Source of the DNA: an uncultured bacterium
Lineage (GTDB): Bacteria; Patescibacteriota; Patescibacteriia; Patescibacteriales; UBA12465
Length of the DNA stretch: 64,000 nt
NCBI GenBank assembly: GCA_942492765.1
Contig: OW818634.1
Location: forward strand, 537,159 to 601,158
Direction of reading: 5' to 3'
Shown here: positions 35,114-44,368 of the stretch, one piece after another
How the letters are laid out: every line of letters begins with the position of its first letter
Position numbering within the stretch: the stretch's first letter is position 1
Notes under the pieces: generated by a model
What the model was told of the DNA's origin: nothing
The model's database searches: none
The model's input: the letters and a program-made list of their open reading frames with translations, nothing else
Translations under genes and position numbers: made by a program

Positions 35114-36736
35114 TTACAACTTCTTAACCATATAGCTGTCTTTCTCCTTATAACCCAATTTCTTATAATAACCTCTAACTCCGACCCCAGAAATAACGGC
35201 TATCTTGGCCGCACCGTCTTTGGCGGCGACGCCCTCGGCTTCTTTCATTAATAACTTTCCTAAGCCGCTATGCTGCACCTTCTTGTCTCCGCCGACAGAA
35301 ACCAATATTCCATAAACATGAAGCTCTCTGACAATGGCTGGAGCAATCGGGCTATGCCTGTCTATCCTTAAACGGCAAAAGCCATAAAGAACTTTTCCAT
35401 CGCGGCTTTCGGCGCTGATAAAATATTCTGTTCCGCCTGAAGACGGATATTTTATAGTCCTGATCTTATAATTCAACTCAATCACTTGCTCTTTGGCCTC
35501 GCGGCAGCGGATACACTGGCATTTTACGCCCCGATCTTTCATGATTTGGCGCAAGTTCGTAATCTTATTGCCGGCAATGATTGATTCTCCTGGGATATCT
35601 CTAATCAATCTGATGATGCGGACATAAGGCGGAACGGCGGCCTTGCAATCTACAATCAATTCTTGAAGTTGCTTATCAGAATATGGCTTATACTTTCCCT
35701 GTTTATACCAGCGATATAATAAGCTGCCGGCCGTAACCACAGTCGGATAGAATTTTATCTGATCGGGCTGGAAGCGCTCATCGCTGAATAATTTCTTAAA
35801 TAATTCTAGATCTTTTTTCGGCGTCGCGCCTGGCAGGGCTGGCATGAGGTGATAGGTGACTTTGAATCCATATTCTTTGAGCAGCTTAGTCGCCGCAGCG
35901 ATTTCTTTAACGCCGTGTCCACGCTTATTCAATTTCAAAATCTTATCGTCTACCGCCTGCACGCCGATTTCTACGCGCGTCGCCCCTAATATACGCATCT
36001 CACGCACTTCATTTTCATCGATATAGTCCGGACGAGTTTCCAGGGTCAGCCCGATGAAGCGATATTCTGCTTTTTCATTCTTATTCTGCTCCCTGATAAG
36101 AGCCTTCTTTAATTCAATCAAAGACAAGCTCTTCGCGTAGGGCGCTTTTAATCCTATATCAAATTTATTTTCTCTTTCCGGGCGCTTAAAAACTAGCTTT
36201 CTTAATTTCTCATAATCATTGGCTGCCCGAAAGCAATTGACGATATACCAATATTTATATTTCGTGGGCAGGTAGCTCCAGGTCCCGCCGATGACGATCA
36301 GTTCAATCTTTGTTGGTTCGTGGCCATTGCTCTCTAGGGCTTTTAGGCGCAGAGCCACCTGCTTATAAGGATCGTAATCGCAGCGGATGGCGCGCATCAC
36401 GGCCGGCTCATTAGACAAATAACTAGCCGGAACATCTTTCTCGTGAGGACAATACGCGCAAGACCCCGGACAAGGATAGGGCTTAGTCAGGACAGCGACC
36501 GGCGCTATGCCAGACAGGGTCCTAATGGCGCGCTTGCGCAAGATATTTTCTAGGGCCACTATAGGAGTAATCTCTTTTTTGGACAACAAAAGGCGATACT
36601 CTTTCAGAATATCAGAATTCGGTATAGCTGCTAAGCTGTATTTTTTGCAGATTGTCCGTTTTCCAGCCTCTAAATCTTCCCTGTTCTTAAAAGCCGGGGC
36701 ATGATTCAGAAGCAGTTCTTTTATTGCTTCCCCCAT
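35114..36736 (-). CDS. elp3: Elp3-type radical SAM/GNAT tRNA U34 carboxymethyl-modification enzyme
   Basis: Radical-SAM Cys cluster PCPGSCAYCP near the N-terminus, a TIM-barrel-like core (RVEIGVQ...), and a C-terminal GNAT motif (VQHSGLGKLLMKEAE). Length and order match Elp3. Confidence 0.8.
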   Translation of the reverse strand: MGEAIKELLLNHAPAFKNREDLEAGKRTICKKYSLAAIPNSDILKEYRLLLSKKEITPIVALENILRKRAIRTLSGIAPVAVLTKPYPCPGSCAYCPHEKDVPASYLSNEPAVMRAIRCDYDPYKQVALRLKALESNGHEPTKIELIVIGGTWSYLPTKYKYWYIVNCFRAANDYEKLRKLVFKRPERENKFDIGLKAPYAKSLSLIELKKALIREQNKNEKAEYRFIGLTLETRPDYIDENEVREMRILGATRVEIGVQAVDDKILKLNKRGHGVKEIAAATKLLKEYGFKVTYHLMPALPGATPKKDLELFKKLFSDERFQPDQIKFYPTVVTAGSLLYRWYKQGKYKPYSDKQLQELIVDCKAAVPPYVRIIRLIRDIPGESIIAGNKITNLRQIMKDRGVKCQCIRCREAKEQVIELNYKIRTIKYPSSGGTEYFISAESRDGKVLYGFCRLRIDRHSPIAPAIVRELHVYGILVSVGGDKKVQHSGLGKLLMKEAEGVAAKDGAAKIAVISGVGVRGYYKKLGYKEKDSYMVKKL

Positions 36737-36817
36737 ATATTTGGGCTATAATTAAGGTGTTCTGTGAACCTTGAGCACCTTATACTATAACATTTTTTAA
36801 AATTTAACAATATCGCT

Positions 36818-37957
36818 ATGATTAAAAAGACTTTTAAAGTTTTCTTGTTCCTGGCTCTTATCTTGATTCCGTTTTCCGCTTCAAAAGCTGCTGGGACCAA
36901 GACCGGAGAAACTATCTATATACCTAAGGAGGAAATTGTCAGCGGCAACCTTTACGCCGCCGGGACAGCTATCACCATCGACGGCACTGTTAGCGGCGAC
37001 TTGATAGCAGCCGCTCAATCTATTACCGTCAACGGCCGAGTAGAGGGAGATATTATCGCTGCTAGTCAAGACATTACGGTTAATGGGGAGGTTGGTGGCA
37101 ATATCCGCATCGCCGGAAACACCTTGAATATAAACGGAACAGTGGCGCGCAATCTTAACGCTTTCGGCGCCAACGTCGTTCTCGGTCCTGATTCGCGGAT
37201 AGGCTGGGACGCTTACGTCGCTGGCTCAAACCTGACTGTTAGAGGCACTATCGACGGCGGCTTGAGCGGTTACGCCGGACAAGCTCTGATAACTGGAAAA
37301 ATTGGCAAGGATGTCGAATTAAAACTAAATGGTTCTGCCGCTCAAAAATTGATTGTCGCTTCCGGCGCGATCATTAACGGCGATATCAATTATACTTCCG
37401 ATAAGCCGGCTGACATCTCCGCTGATGCCAGCATCGCCGGCAATGTTAAGCAAGAGATTCCAGCCGTAAAAACAGACAATCTTTTCTGGCCCTGGGTCTG
37501 GGGCCGCCTCTTCGCTATTTTTGCTGCTATTGCCGTCGGTTTGGTCATGACGACTATCTGCAAAGATTGCGTCCAGAAAATCATGGGCCTAGCAGAAGAA
37601 AAGAAGGCGCGCGTTCTTATTCCTGGACTGATAAGCTTCTTTGTCTTGCCTCCGGCTATCCTAGTCCTGATGTTCACGGTTATCGGCATCCCGCTGGCGC
37701 TTATCTTGGCCGCTCTTTGGCTGATTGCTGTTTATATCGCCAAGATTCTGACAGCTATATTCTTAGGAAATTTACTCATTAAGAAAATATTAAAAAAAGA
37801 GGATTTATCCTTGACCTGGTCTTTGGTGCCCGGTGTGATCATCCTTTGGCTTTTATTTTCCATCCCCTTTGCCGGCTGGGTATTCGGCTTAGCTGCCGCT
37901 TGGCTCGGTTTAGGAGGTCTTTGGTTTTATGTTACCAATAAATCCGGAAGTCTTTAA
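36818..37957 (+). CDS. Membrane protein with extracytoplasmic beta-helix (bactofilin/'polymer-forming cytoskeletal'-like) repeats and 4 C-terminal TM helices
   Basis: Signal peptide, then repeated G-D/N-[IL]-x-A-A/G-x-x-[IL]-T-[IV]-N/D-G-x-V units (e.g. GDLIAAAQSITVNGRVEGDIIAASQDITVNGEVGGNIRIAG), then hydrophobic helices. Confidence 0.65.
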   Translation: MIKKTFKVFLFLALILIPFSASKAAGTKTGETIYIPKEEIVSGNLYAAGTAITIDGTVSGDLIAAAQSITVNGRVEGDIIAASQDITVNGEVGGNIRIAGNTLNINGTVARNLNAFGANVVLGPDSRIGWDAYVAGSNLTVRGTIDGGLSGYAGQALITGKIGKDVELKLNGSAAQKLIVASGAIINGDINYTSDKPADISADASIAGNVKQEIPAVKTDNLFWPWVWGRLFAIFAAIAVGLVMTTICKDCVQKIMGLAEEKKARVLIPGLISFFVLPPAILVLMFTVIGIPLALILAALWLIAVYIAKILTAIFLGNLLIKKILKKEDLSLTWSLVPGVIILWLLFSIPFAGWVFGLAAAWLGLGGLWFYVTNKSGSL

Positions 37958-39302
37958 AGCTTACGATATCCGCGGCGTTTACGGCCAGGATTTCGATAAT
38001 GAGCTCGGTCGCCTCTTGGGCTTAGCTTACGTAGAGCTTAGAAAAAATGATCCCGACTATGTGTCTGGAAAAAGATTAAAGATAGCTGTCGCCGCTGATA
38101 TGCGCCTGTCTTCTCCTGAGCTTAAAGATAATCTCATCAGAGGAATAGCTGAAGCTGGCGCCGATGTCGTCGACCTAGGAACCGTCTCGACTCCGACGAT
38201 GTATTTTGCTGTCGGTCATTACGGCTATGATGGCGGCATCACAGTTTCTGCTTCTCATAACCCTAAAGAATGGAATGGCTTCAAGCTGGTCCGCTCCAAG
38301 GGCGTGCCGATTAGCGGCGAAACCGGGATTGAATATCTAAAAGAGAAAGTCTTGGAAAATCATTTCCTGCCGGCAGAAGCCCGCGGAGAGATTAGCCAGA
38401 ATGATAAAGCGCTCGAAGACGAAATATCTTATGCCCTGTCTTTTGCCGATAATTCGAAAATAAAGCCATTAAAAGTCGTGGTCGACACGGCCAACGGCAT
38501 GGGCGCTACTTATATTCAGGCCCTATTCTCTAAGCTGCCCTGCGAACTGATTCCGATGAATTTTTCTCTCGATGGTTCTTTCCCCGCCCATGAAGCTGAC
38601 CCTATTAAAGAAGAGAATCTCGTCGACCTGCAAGCCGAAGTAATAAAAAGAGGGGCGGATATGGGAATCGCGATCGACGGCGACGGCGACCGTATGTTCT
38701 TCATAGATGACGCGGGCAAGGTTATCAACCAGGCCATCATCCGCGGCCTATTGGCTAAACTATTTTTGGAGATAAAACCAGGAGCGCGCATCGGCTATGA
38801 CGTTCGCCCGGGCCGTATCACTGTCGATCTGATTGAAGAGGGCGGCGGCACTCCCGTCATGACCCGCGTCGGCCATTCCTTGATAAAAGAGCAGATGCTT
38901 AAAGAAGACATCTTTTTCGCCGGAGAATCTTCCGGCCACTTCTATCTGCGCGGCGAGGCTGGCTGTTTCGAATATCCGAGCATCATCATTCTAAAATTAT
39001 TAACGCTCGCTTCGTCCGCTCCGCGAGGATTAGCCGTTTATATCGCGCCTTTTAACAAATATTTCAATTCAGGAGAAATCAACCGCGTCGTGAGCGATAA
39101 AAAAATCGTCTTCGACAGTCTCCTGGCTAAATATGCTGATGGCCATATCATCCGCCTAGACGGAATAACGATAGAATATCCGGATTTCTGGTTCAATGTC
39201 CGCGGCTCTAATACCGAACCGAAAATCCGCTTAAATCTAGAGGCGATCGATCAGGCGACGATGGAGAAGAAGCGCGACGAAATATTAGCGCTGATAAAAT
39301 AA
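37929..39302 (+). CDS. Phosphohexomutase (phosphomannomutase/phosphoglucomutase family; possibly GlmM-like)
   Basis: Active-site TVSASHNP, metal loop AIDGDGDRMF, and sugar loop GESSGH. Overlaps the upstream gene by 29 nt and is convergent with glmS. Confidence 0.88.
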   Translation: MLPINPEVFKAYDIRGVYGQDFDNELGRLLGLAYVELRKNDPDYVSGKRLKIAVAADMRLSSPELKDNLIRGIAEAGADVVDLGTVSTPTMYFAVGHYGYDGGITVSASHNPKEWNGFKLVRSKGVPISGETGIEYLKEKVLENHFLPAEARGEISQNDKALEDEISYALSFADNSKIKPLKVVVDTANGMGATYIQALFSKLPCELIPMNFSLDGSFPAHEADPIKEENLVDLQAEVIKRGADMGIAIDGDGDRMFFIDDAGKVINQAIIRGLLAKLFLEIKPGARIGYDVRPGRITVDLIEEGGGTPVMTRVGHSLIKEQMLKEDIFFAGESSGHFYLRGEAGCFEYPSIIILKLLTLASSAPRGLAVYIAPFNKYFNSGEINRVVSDKKIVFDSLLAKYADGHIIRLDGITIEYPDFWFNVRGSNTEPKIRLNLEAIDQATMEKKRDEILALIK

Positions 39303-39316
39303 AATCCTAAGAACGT

Positions 39317-39349
39317 AAAAAGACTTCGGGAAGACCGAAGTCTTTTTTT
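39317..39349. terminator. Bidirectional intrinsic terminator between convergent genes
   Basis: aaaaAGACTTCGGgaagaCCGAAGTCTttttttt. Confidence 0.8.
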
Positions 39350-39367
39350 ATGGAGAGCCTAAATTAT

Positions 39368-41167
39368 TTATTCGACAGTCACTGACTTAGCCAGATTGCG
39401 CGGCTTATCGACATTTATTCCTTTGCCATTGGCAATATGATAAGACAGGAGCTGGAGAGGAATTATGTTCACTATCGGCGCCAACAGGCGATTAGCAGCC
39501 GGGACTTTCAGAAGATGGTCGGCCAAGCGCTCGATATCTTCATAATCGCGGTCGACAACGGCGATGATCTGGCCGCCGCGGGCCTTGATCTCCTGCATAT
39601 TGCTGATAATCTTTTCGGTTAAGTCATTCTTCGTCGCGATGAAGACGACCGGCATCTTGTTATCGACTAGCGCTATCGGCCCGTGTTTAATCTCTGCTGC
39701 CGGGTAACCCTCAGCGTGGATATAAGATATCTCTTTTAATTTCAAAGCTCCCTCAAGCGCGACTGGAAAATTCACGCCGCGCCCTAAATATAGAAAATTG
39801 GCCTTGTCTTTGAATTTCCTGGCTAGCTTCTTCACTTCCGCGTCAACCTTTAAAGCTTCTCTAATTATTTCCGGCAGATTTTTCAAGTCGCTCAGTATTT
39901 TTGGCTCCAACTTATTACCCGCTTCTTGCTTCAGATATAAAGCTAATAAGATTATGGCCGCCACCTGAGATGTGAAAGCCTTGGTGCTGGCGACGCCGAT
40001 TTCTGGGCCGGCATGGAGATAGACCCCGGAATCGACTTCGCGGGTCATGGTCGAGCCGACGACATTGACGATGCCCAGCGTCTGCGCGCCCGCGCTCTTA
40101 GCCTCTCTCAGGGCCGCTAGCGTATCGGCGGTCTCTCCAGACTGAGAAATAGCGATAAGCAGGTCGCTGGCGCTGACGAGCGGATGGCGATAACGGAATT
40201 CTGAAGCATAGTCGACCTCAACTGGGATGCGCGCAATCTCTTCGATTAGATATTTTCCGATTAAGGCGGAGTGCCAGCTCGTGCCGCAGGCGACAATTAT
40301 TATCCGCTTGATCTTCTTGGGGCTAGCGGTGATTGATAATTTTATCCGGCCATTCTTGATACGGCCGCTCAAAACCTGAGAGAGGCTGGTCGGCTGTTCA
40401 AATATTTCCTTGAGCATGAAATGCTTATAGCCGCCCTTCTCTATCTGCGCAACATTCATCTTTACCTCTTCTATCTCGCGATCGACAGCCTGACCGTCTT
40501 GCTTCTTGATTTTACAGCCCTTAGCGGTAATGATCGCGATATCCTTATCTTTAAGATAAATTACCTTCTTAGTATGTTTAAGAATGGCTGGAATATCAGA
40601 AGCGACGAAAGTCTCTTTTTCGCCAATGCCGATGATGAGCGGGGAGCTTTGCCGCGCGGCGACCAGCTTATTTTCGCGCCGGCTGAGCGCTACTAGGCCA
40701 TATGATCCTTCGACAAGATTAAGCGCCTTGACGACCGCTGTTTCCAGATTGCCTTGATAAAATTTCTCTATCAGGTGCGCTAAGACTTCCGAGTCAGTTT
40801 CCGATCGGAACTTATGCCCCTCGGCAATCAAGACTTTTTTCAGTGACTGATAATTTTCAATGATGCCGTTATGGACAACCGCTATATCTTCGCGGCAATC
40901 GAAATGAGGGTGCGCGTTCTTCTCGCTTGGCGCTCCATGCGTTGCCCAGCGCGTATGCGCTATTCCCAAGGATCCTCTCGTCTCCATTTTCTCCGAACTT
41001 TTAGCCAAGCCGGCTACTGGCCCGATCTTCTTATCGACCAAAAAGACATCCTTTTCTAAAACACAAATACCGGCGCTATCATAGCCCCGGTATTCTAATT
41101 TTTTTAAACCTTCAATCAGGATAGGCTTAGCTGGCCTATGTCCTAAATATCCGATGATGCCGCACAT
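39368..41167 (-). CDS. glmS: Glutamine--fructose-6-phosphate aminotransferase
   Basis: N-terminal nucleophile MCGIIGY, glutaminase domain, two SIS domains, and the C-terminal NLAKSVTVE. Confidence 0.96.
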   Translation of the reverse strand: MCGIIGYLGHRPAKPILIEGLKKLEYRGYDSAGICVLEKDVFLVDKKIGPVAGLAKSSEKMETRGSLGIAHTRWATHGAPSEKNAHPHFDCREDIAVVHNGIIENYQSLKKVLIAEGHKFRSETDSEVLAHLIEKFYQGNLETAVVKALNLVEGSYGLVALSRRENKLVAARQSSPLIIGIGEKETFVASDIPAILKHTKKVIYLKDKDIAIITAKGCKIKKQDGQAVDREIEEVKMNVAQIEKGGYKHFMLKEIFEQPTSLSQVLSGRIKNGRIKLSITASPKKIKRIIIVACGTSWHSALIGKYLIEEIARIPVEVDYASEFRYRHPLVSASDLLIAISQSGETADTLAALREAKSAGAQTLGIVNVVGSTMTREVDSGVYLHAGPEIGVASTKAFTSQVAAIILLALYLKQEAGNKLEPKILSDLKNLPEIIREALKVDAEVKKLARKFKDKANFLYLGRGVNFPVALEGALKLKEISYIHAEGYPAAEIKHGPIALVDNKMPVVFIATKNDLTEKIISNMQEIKARGGQIIAVVDRDYEDIERLADHLLKVPAANRLLAPIVNIIPLQLLSYHIANGKGINVDKPRNLAKSVTVE

Positions 41168-41191
41168 ATAGTAATGTTATCTGACTGGATA

Positions 41192-41458
41192 TTATTTTCT
41201 TTCTACTTCGATAGTGCATTTGTTCAAGACAGCCGCTAAAGCTCCAACGGCCGCTAAGACCGGCGCAAAAACCGTACCGACAACCGCGAAAGTCATCGGA
41301 ATCTCTACCATAACTTTGCCCTTCTCGTTCTTAATGATGATGCGGCGGATATTACCTTCTTTGATAAGCTCCTTAACCTTCTTTAAGACTTCATGACCAT
41401 AGACCTTGAACTGGTCAGACGTTTGGCTAGAATTTTTTTTCTGTTGTTTTTTTGGCAT
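41192..41458 (-). CDS. DUF4342-like small protein
   Basis: The pattern KELIKEGNIRRIIIKNEKGKVMVEIPMTFAVVGTVFAPVLAAVGALAA matches what I recall of DUF4342. Confidence 0.6.
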   Translation of the reverse strand: MPKKQQKKNSSQTSDQFKVYGHEVLKKVKELIKEGNIRRIIIKNEKGKVMVEIPMTFAVVGTVFAPVLAAVGALAAVLNKCTIEVERK

Positions 41459-41527
41459 AGATTTAAAGATTATTTATATGAATATTATAGCTCTTTTGCT
41501 TTGATTAGAAAACCTTAAGTCCATCTC

Positions 41528-41556
41528 TTGCCAAGTTAATAAAAATATGTTAATAT
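41528..41556 (+). promoter_or_regulatory. Sigma70-type promoter for the 268-aa histidine kinase
   Basis: TTGCCA (41528-41533), a 17-nt spacer, then TAATAT (41551-41556). Confidence 0.5.
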
Positions 41557-41599
41557 CTTTTGAAAACTAAACGTACCTTAAAAAACAATAATATTAGCC

Positions 41600-42406
41600 A
41601 TGAAAAAATTATTCAACTATTTCCTCGTGAAATTAGCGCATGTCCGGCCCATAGCTAGACGGGAGAGAACAATCAAAAAATTAGAGCTTAGAAACGAACG
41701 ACTAAAGAAAGAGCTCCTAGAAACAAGGGAGATGATTTCTATCATCTCTCATGACCTACGTGGACCATTCAATGTCTTCCTGGGATTCACCGACGAGCTA
41801 GCCTCTCGATATGACCTCCTTGATGACACTAAGAGAAAGTTCTTTATCGGCATAATGAATAATCAAGCCGAGAATGTCTTTACTCTACTGAATAATCTGC
41901 TCGATTGGTCTAAAATCAAAATCGGATCTTCCTCCGTTTCTTTAAAGAAAATACAACTACGGAGTGCAGCCGATTCCGTCATCAAGCTTTTACAACTTCG
42001 CGATTGCGGAAAGGAGATAGAGATTATAAATAGAATCTCCGACGATACGTTCGTCGAGGCTGACCCTAATGTCGTCAACATGGTGATTAGAAATTTGATT
42101 GCTAATTCATTAAAGTTCACGCATTCCGGCGGCACGATTTCTATATCAGAAAACGCAGCCGGAGAGACTGTTTCAGTTTCCGTTAAAGATACTGGAGTAG
42201 GCATCGAACCAGGGAACATAGACCGGCTGTTCAGCGCTAATCTGTATTCGACCCCAGGGACCGGAGGCGAAAAAGGCACAGGACTAGGGCTCTTGTTGTG
42301 TCGGGAAATGATCGAAAAACAAGGCGGAAAGATTTTTGCGACTAGCGTGCCTGGTGAAGGAACAACTATAACTTTCACACTCAAGGCGTTTGCCGGCCGC
42401 AACTGA
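41600..42406 (+). CDS. Minimal cytoplasmic histidine kinase (coiled coil + HisKA + HATPase_c)
   Basis: H-box SHDLRGP, N-box NLIANSLKFT, G-boxes DTGVGI and GTGLGLLL. No TM or sensor domain, and no partner regulator adjacent. Confidence 0.88.
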   Translation: MKKLFNYFLVKLAHVRPIARRERTIKKLELRNERLKKELLETREMISIISHDLRGPFNVFLGFTDELASRYDLLDDTKRKFFIGIMNNQAENVFTLLNNLLDWSKIKIGSSSVSLKKIQLRSAADSVIKLLQLRDCGKEIEIINRISDDTFVEADPNVVNMVIRNLIANSLKFTHSGGTISISENAAGETVSVSVKDTGVGIEPGNIDRLFSANLYSTPGTGGEKGTGLGLLLCREMIEKQGGKIFATSVPGEGTTITFTLKAFAGRN

Positions 42407-42408
42407 TT

Positions 42409-42446
42409 AAAAAGGACTAAGATTAAATTCTTAGTCCTTATTTTTT
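42409..42446. terminator. Bidirectional intrinsic terminator between convergent genes
   Basis: aaaAAGGACTAAGattaaattCTTAGTCCTTatttttt. It overlaps the glgP stop codon. Confidence 0.7.
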
Positions 42447-44086
42447 ATCTTATAGGCTATTTTGATATACTCTTTCAGGGTCCTCTGGGTATTAAAGCGT
42501 GCGGCATTCAAGCTGATGGTCGAAATCATAAGCTGCCGCCATGCTTCCGGGCGGTCATAATAAAGGGGCAGAATATGTTTTTCTAACAGATCGTAAATTT
42601 CATCCCCAGTCTTTTCCTTTATCAGCCAACCGGTCTTATTTTTTCGATATCCTTCTCGCCACCAGCCATCCATAGTGCTGGCCTGCGGCACGCCATTATG
42701 CGCCGCCTTCATGCCGCTAGTGCCCGATGCCTCATTGGGGGGTAGCGGATTATTCAGCCAAAGATCGACTCCGGCCGTAAGCAAGCGCGCCTTATCAAGA
42801 TCATAATCTTCTAAAAAGATTAACTTGATATTATCGCGCAATTCCCGGGCTAACCGATTTATTTCTTTGACTAATTCCCGCCCCTCCATATCGCCGGGGT
42901 GAGCCTTGCCGGCATAGATTAATTGAATCTTTTTCTTCTTATTTATTTCCAATAAGCGCCCCAAATCCTTAAAAAGGAATTCCGGCCGCTTATACGTCGC
43001 GAAGCGGCGGGCAAAGGCGATAGTAAAAATATCGGCATCAAAATCAGCGCCCTTTTCTTTATTAATATATCTAATTAACCGCCGCTTGGCCTGCTGATGT
43101 GCTGTCCAGATTTCTAGCGGCGTTATGCAGGCAGCTTTCTTTAATAAAGAATTATCATCTCTCCATCCCGGGATATGCTTATCGTAAAGCGTCTTGAATT
43201 CCGGCGCTGTCCAGACTAGAGAATCGACTCCGTTCGTCACCGCCTTAAGATCGCGTCTCTGATAGATTCCTTTGGCTGTCCGCTGGTGCGCTTTCGAAAC
43301 CGCGTTCACGAAGTTCGAAAAATAAAACCCTGTCTTAGTCAGGTTGATAGCATTATTTTCTACTAGTCCGGGCAAATGTCCCGGAAAATCCGGCTGGAAG
43401 CTCAATAGATACGGCAGAGAAAAAATATCTTGCGCTTTCGGCACCGGCGTATGCGTCGTAAAGACACAGATATCCCTCACCACTTTCAATCTATCCTTTT
43501 CCTTCTTCTGTCTTGAGTTCAAAAATAATTCTACAACCGCTAAAGCGCCATGCCCCTCGTTCAGATGAACCTTCTTTATCTTTTTATGGCCAATAGCGTC
43601 TAGCATCTTGATCGCGCCGCGACCTAGAACTATCTCCTGCTTCAAGCGATACTCTTCGTTGCCGCCATATAATGATCCACAGAGATCGCGGTTAGCTTTT
43701 GTGTTCTTCGGATTATCCGTATCTAAAAAATAAACCGGGACGCAGAAGCCATTCTCGCTCTTTACCAAATATTGCCAGGCGCCGACAAAGACATTCTCTC
43801 GCCCGATATTAACCGTAACGACTTGAGGCATCTTTTTCAGGAGCAAAAATTCCGATTTGTCTGGCGATTCTTTCTGTTCGCCGTTATCGCTGATCGCCTG
43901 CTTAAAGTAGCCATCGCGATTAAAGAGTGTGATGCCGACCATGGGAAATTTGAGCTCGGCGGCCGAACGCAGAATGTCTCCGGCGAGGACGCCAAGTCCG
44001 CCGGCATAAGTCTTAATCTTGTTTTCCAGAGCGATCTCCATGCTGATATAGGCGACGAGAGGCTCGGGTTGAGATTCTATTGTCAT
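42431..44086 (-). CDS. glgP: Alpha-glucan phosphorylase (GT35 family)
   Basis: N-terminal YISMEIALE...YAGGLGVLAGD and PLP-Lys region EASGTSGMKAAHNG. Confidence 0.9.
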   Translation of the reverse strand: MTIESQPEPLVAYISMEIALENKIKTYAGGLGVLAGDILRSAAELKFPMVGITLFNRDGYFKQAISDNGEQKESPDKSEFLLLKKMPQVVTVNIGRENVFVGAWQYLVKSENGFCVPVYFLDTDNPKNTKANRDLCGSLYGGNEEYRLKQEIVLGRGAIKMLDAIGHKKIKKVHLNEGHGALAVVELFLNSRQKKEKDRLKVVRDICVFTTHTPVPKAQDIFSLPYLLSFQPDFPGHLPGLVENNAINLTKTGFYFSNFVNAVSKAHQRTAKGIYQRRDLKAVTNGVDSLVWTAPEFKTLYDKHIPGWRDDNSLLKKAACITPLEIWTAHQQAKRRLIRYINKEKGADFDADIFTIAFARRFATYKRPEFLFKDLGRLLEINKKKKIQLIYAGKAHPGDMEGRELVKEINRLARELRDNIKLIFLEDYDLDKARLLTAGVDLWLNNPLPPNEASGTSGMKAAHNGVPQASTMDGWWREGYRKNKTGWLIKEKTGDEIYDLLEKHILPLYYDRPEAWRQLMISTISLNAARFNTQRTLKEYIKIAYKIKNKD

Positions 44087-44104
44087 GGTTAGATTATACC
44101 ATAC

Positions 44105-44130
44105 AAAAAACGAGCTTATAAGCTCGTTTT
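44105..44130 (-). terminator. Intrinsic terminator after the tRNA-Arg/tRNA-His unit
   Basis: Perfect palindrome AACGAGCTTATAAGCTCGTT followed on the minus strand by TTTTTT. Confidence 0.8.
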
Positions 44131-44134
44131 AATG

Positions 44135-44206
44135 GGTGCCCATCGGGAATCGGACCCGAAATAACAGGACCACAACCTGCTGTGTTACCACTACACCATG
44201 GGCACC
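44135..44206 (-). tRNA. tRNA-His (anticodon GUG) with encoded G-1
   Basis: Reverse complement GGTGCCCATGGTGTAGTGGTAACACAGCAGGTTGTGGTCCTGTTATTTCGGGTCCGATTCCCGATGGGCACC. The extra 5' G pairs with C73; anticodon loop is TTGTGGT. Confidence 0.93.
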
Positions 44207-44230
44207 ATGCTTGTTTCTTGAGTTGAAACG

Positions 44231-44302
44231 TACGCCCGGGGGGAGTCGAACCCTCGTCTAGAGCTTAGAAGGCTCCCGTTCTATCCGCTGAACTACGGGC
44301 GC
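44231..44302 (-). tRNA. tRNA-Arg (anticodon UCU)
   Basis: Reverse complement GCGCCCGTAGTTCAGCGGATAGAACGGGAGCCTTCTAAGCTCTAGACGAGGGTTCGACTCCCCCCGGGCGTA. Anticodon loop is CTTCTAA. Confidence 0.93.
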
Positions 44303-44339
44303 AAATAAATAAATTATCCCGAAAGAATAATTTAGGTTA

Positions 44340-44368
44340 ATATTAATAAAAATATTAGTTATTGTCAA
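44340..44368 (-). promoter_or_regulatory. Sigma70-type promoter for the tRNA-Arg/tRNA-His unit
   Basis: The minus strand reads TTGACA (44368-44363), a 17-nt spacer, then TAATAT (44345-44340), about 37 nt upstream of the tRNA-Arg 5' end. Confidence 0.55.

Noticed and set aside
41168-41191. glmS ribozyme upstream of glmS; T-box leaders upstream of valS and pheS
   Set aside because: Only 24 nt separate glmS from the upstream gene. The valS promoter abuts its ATG, and pheS starts 5 nt after the preceding gene. There is no room for these elements.
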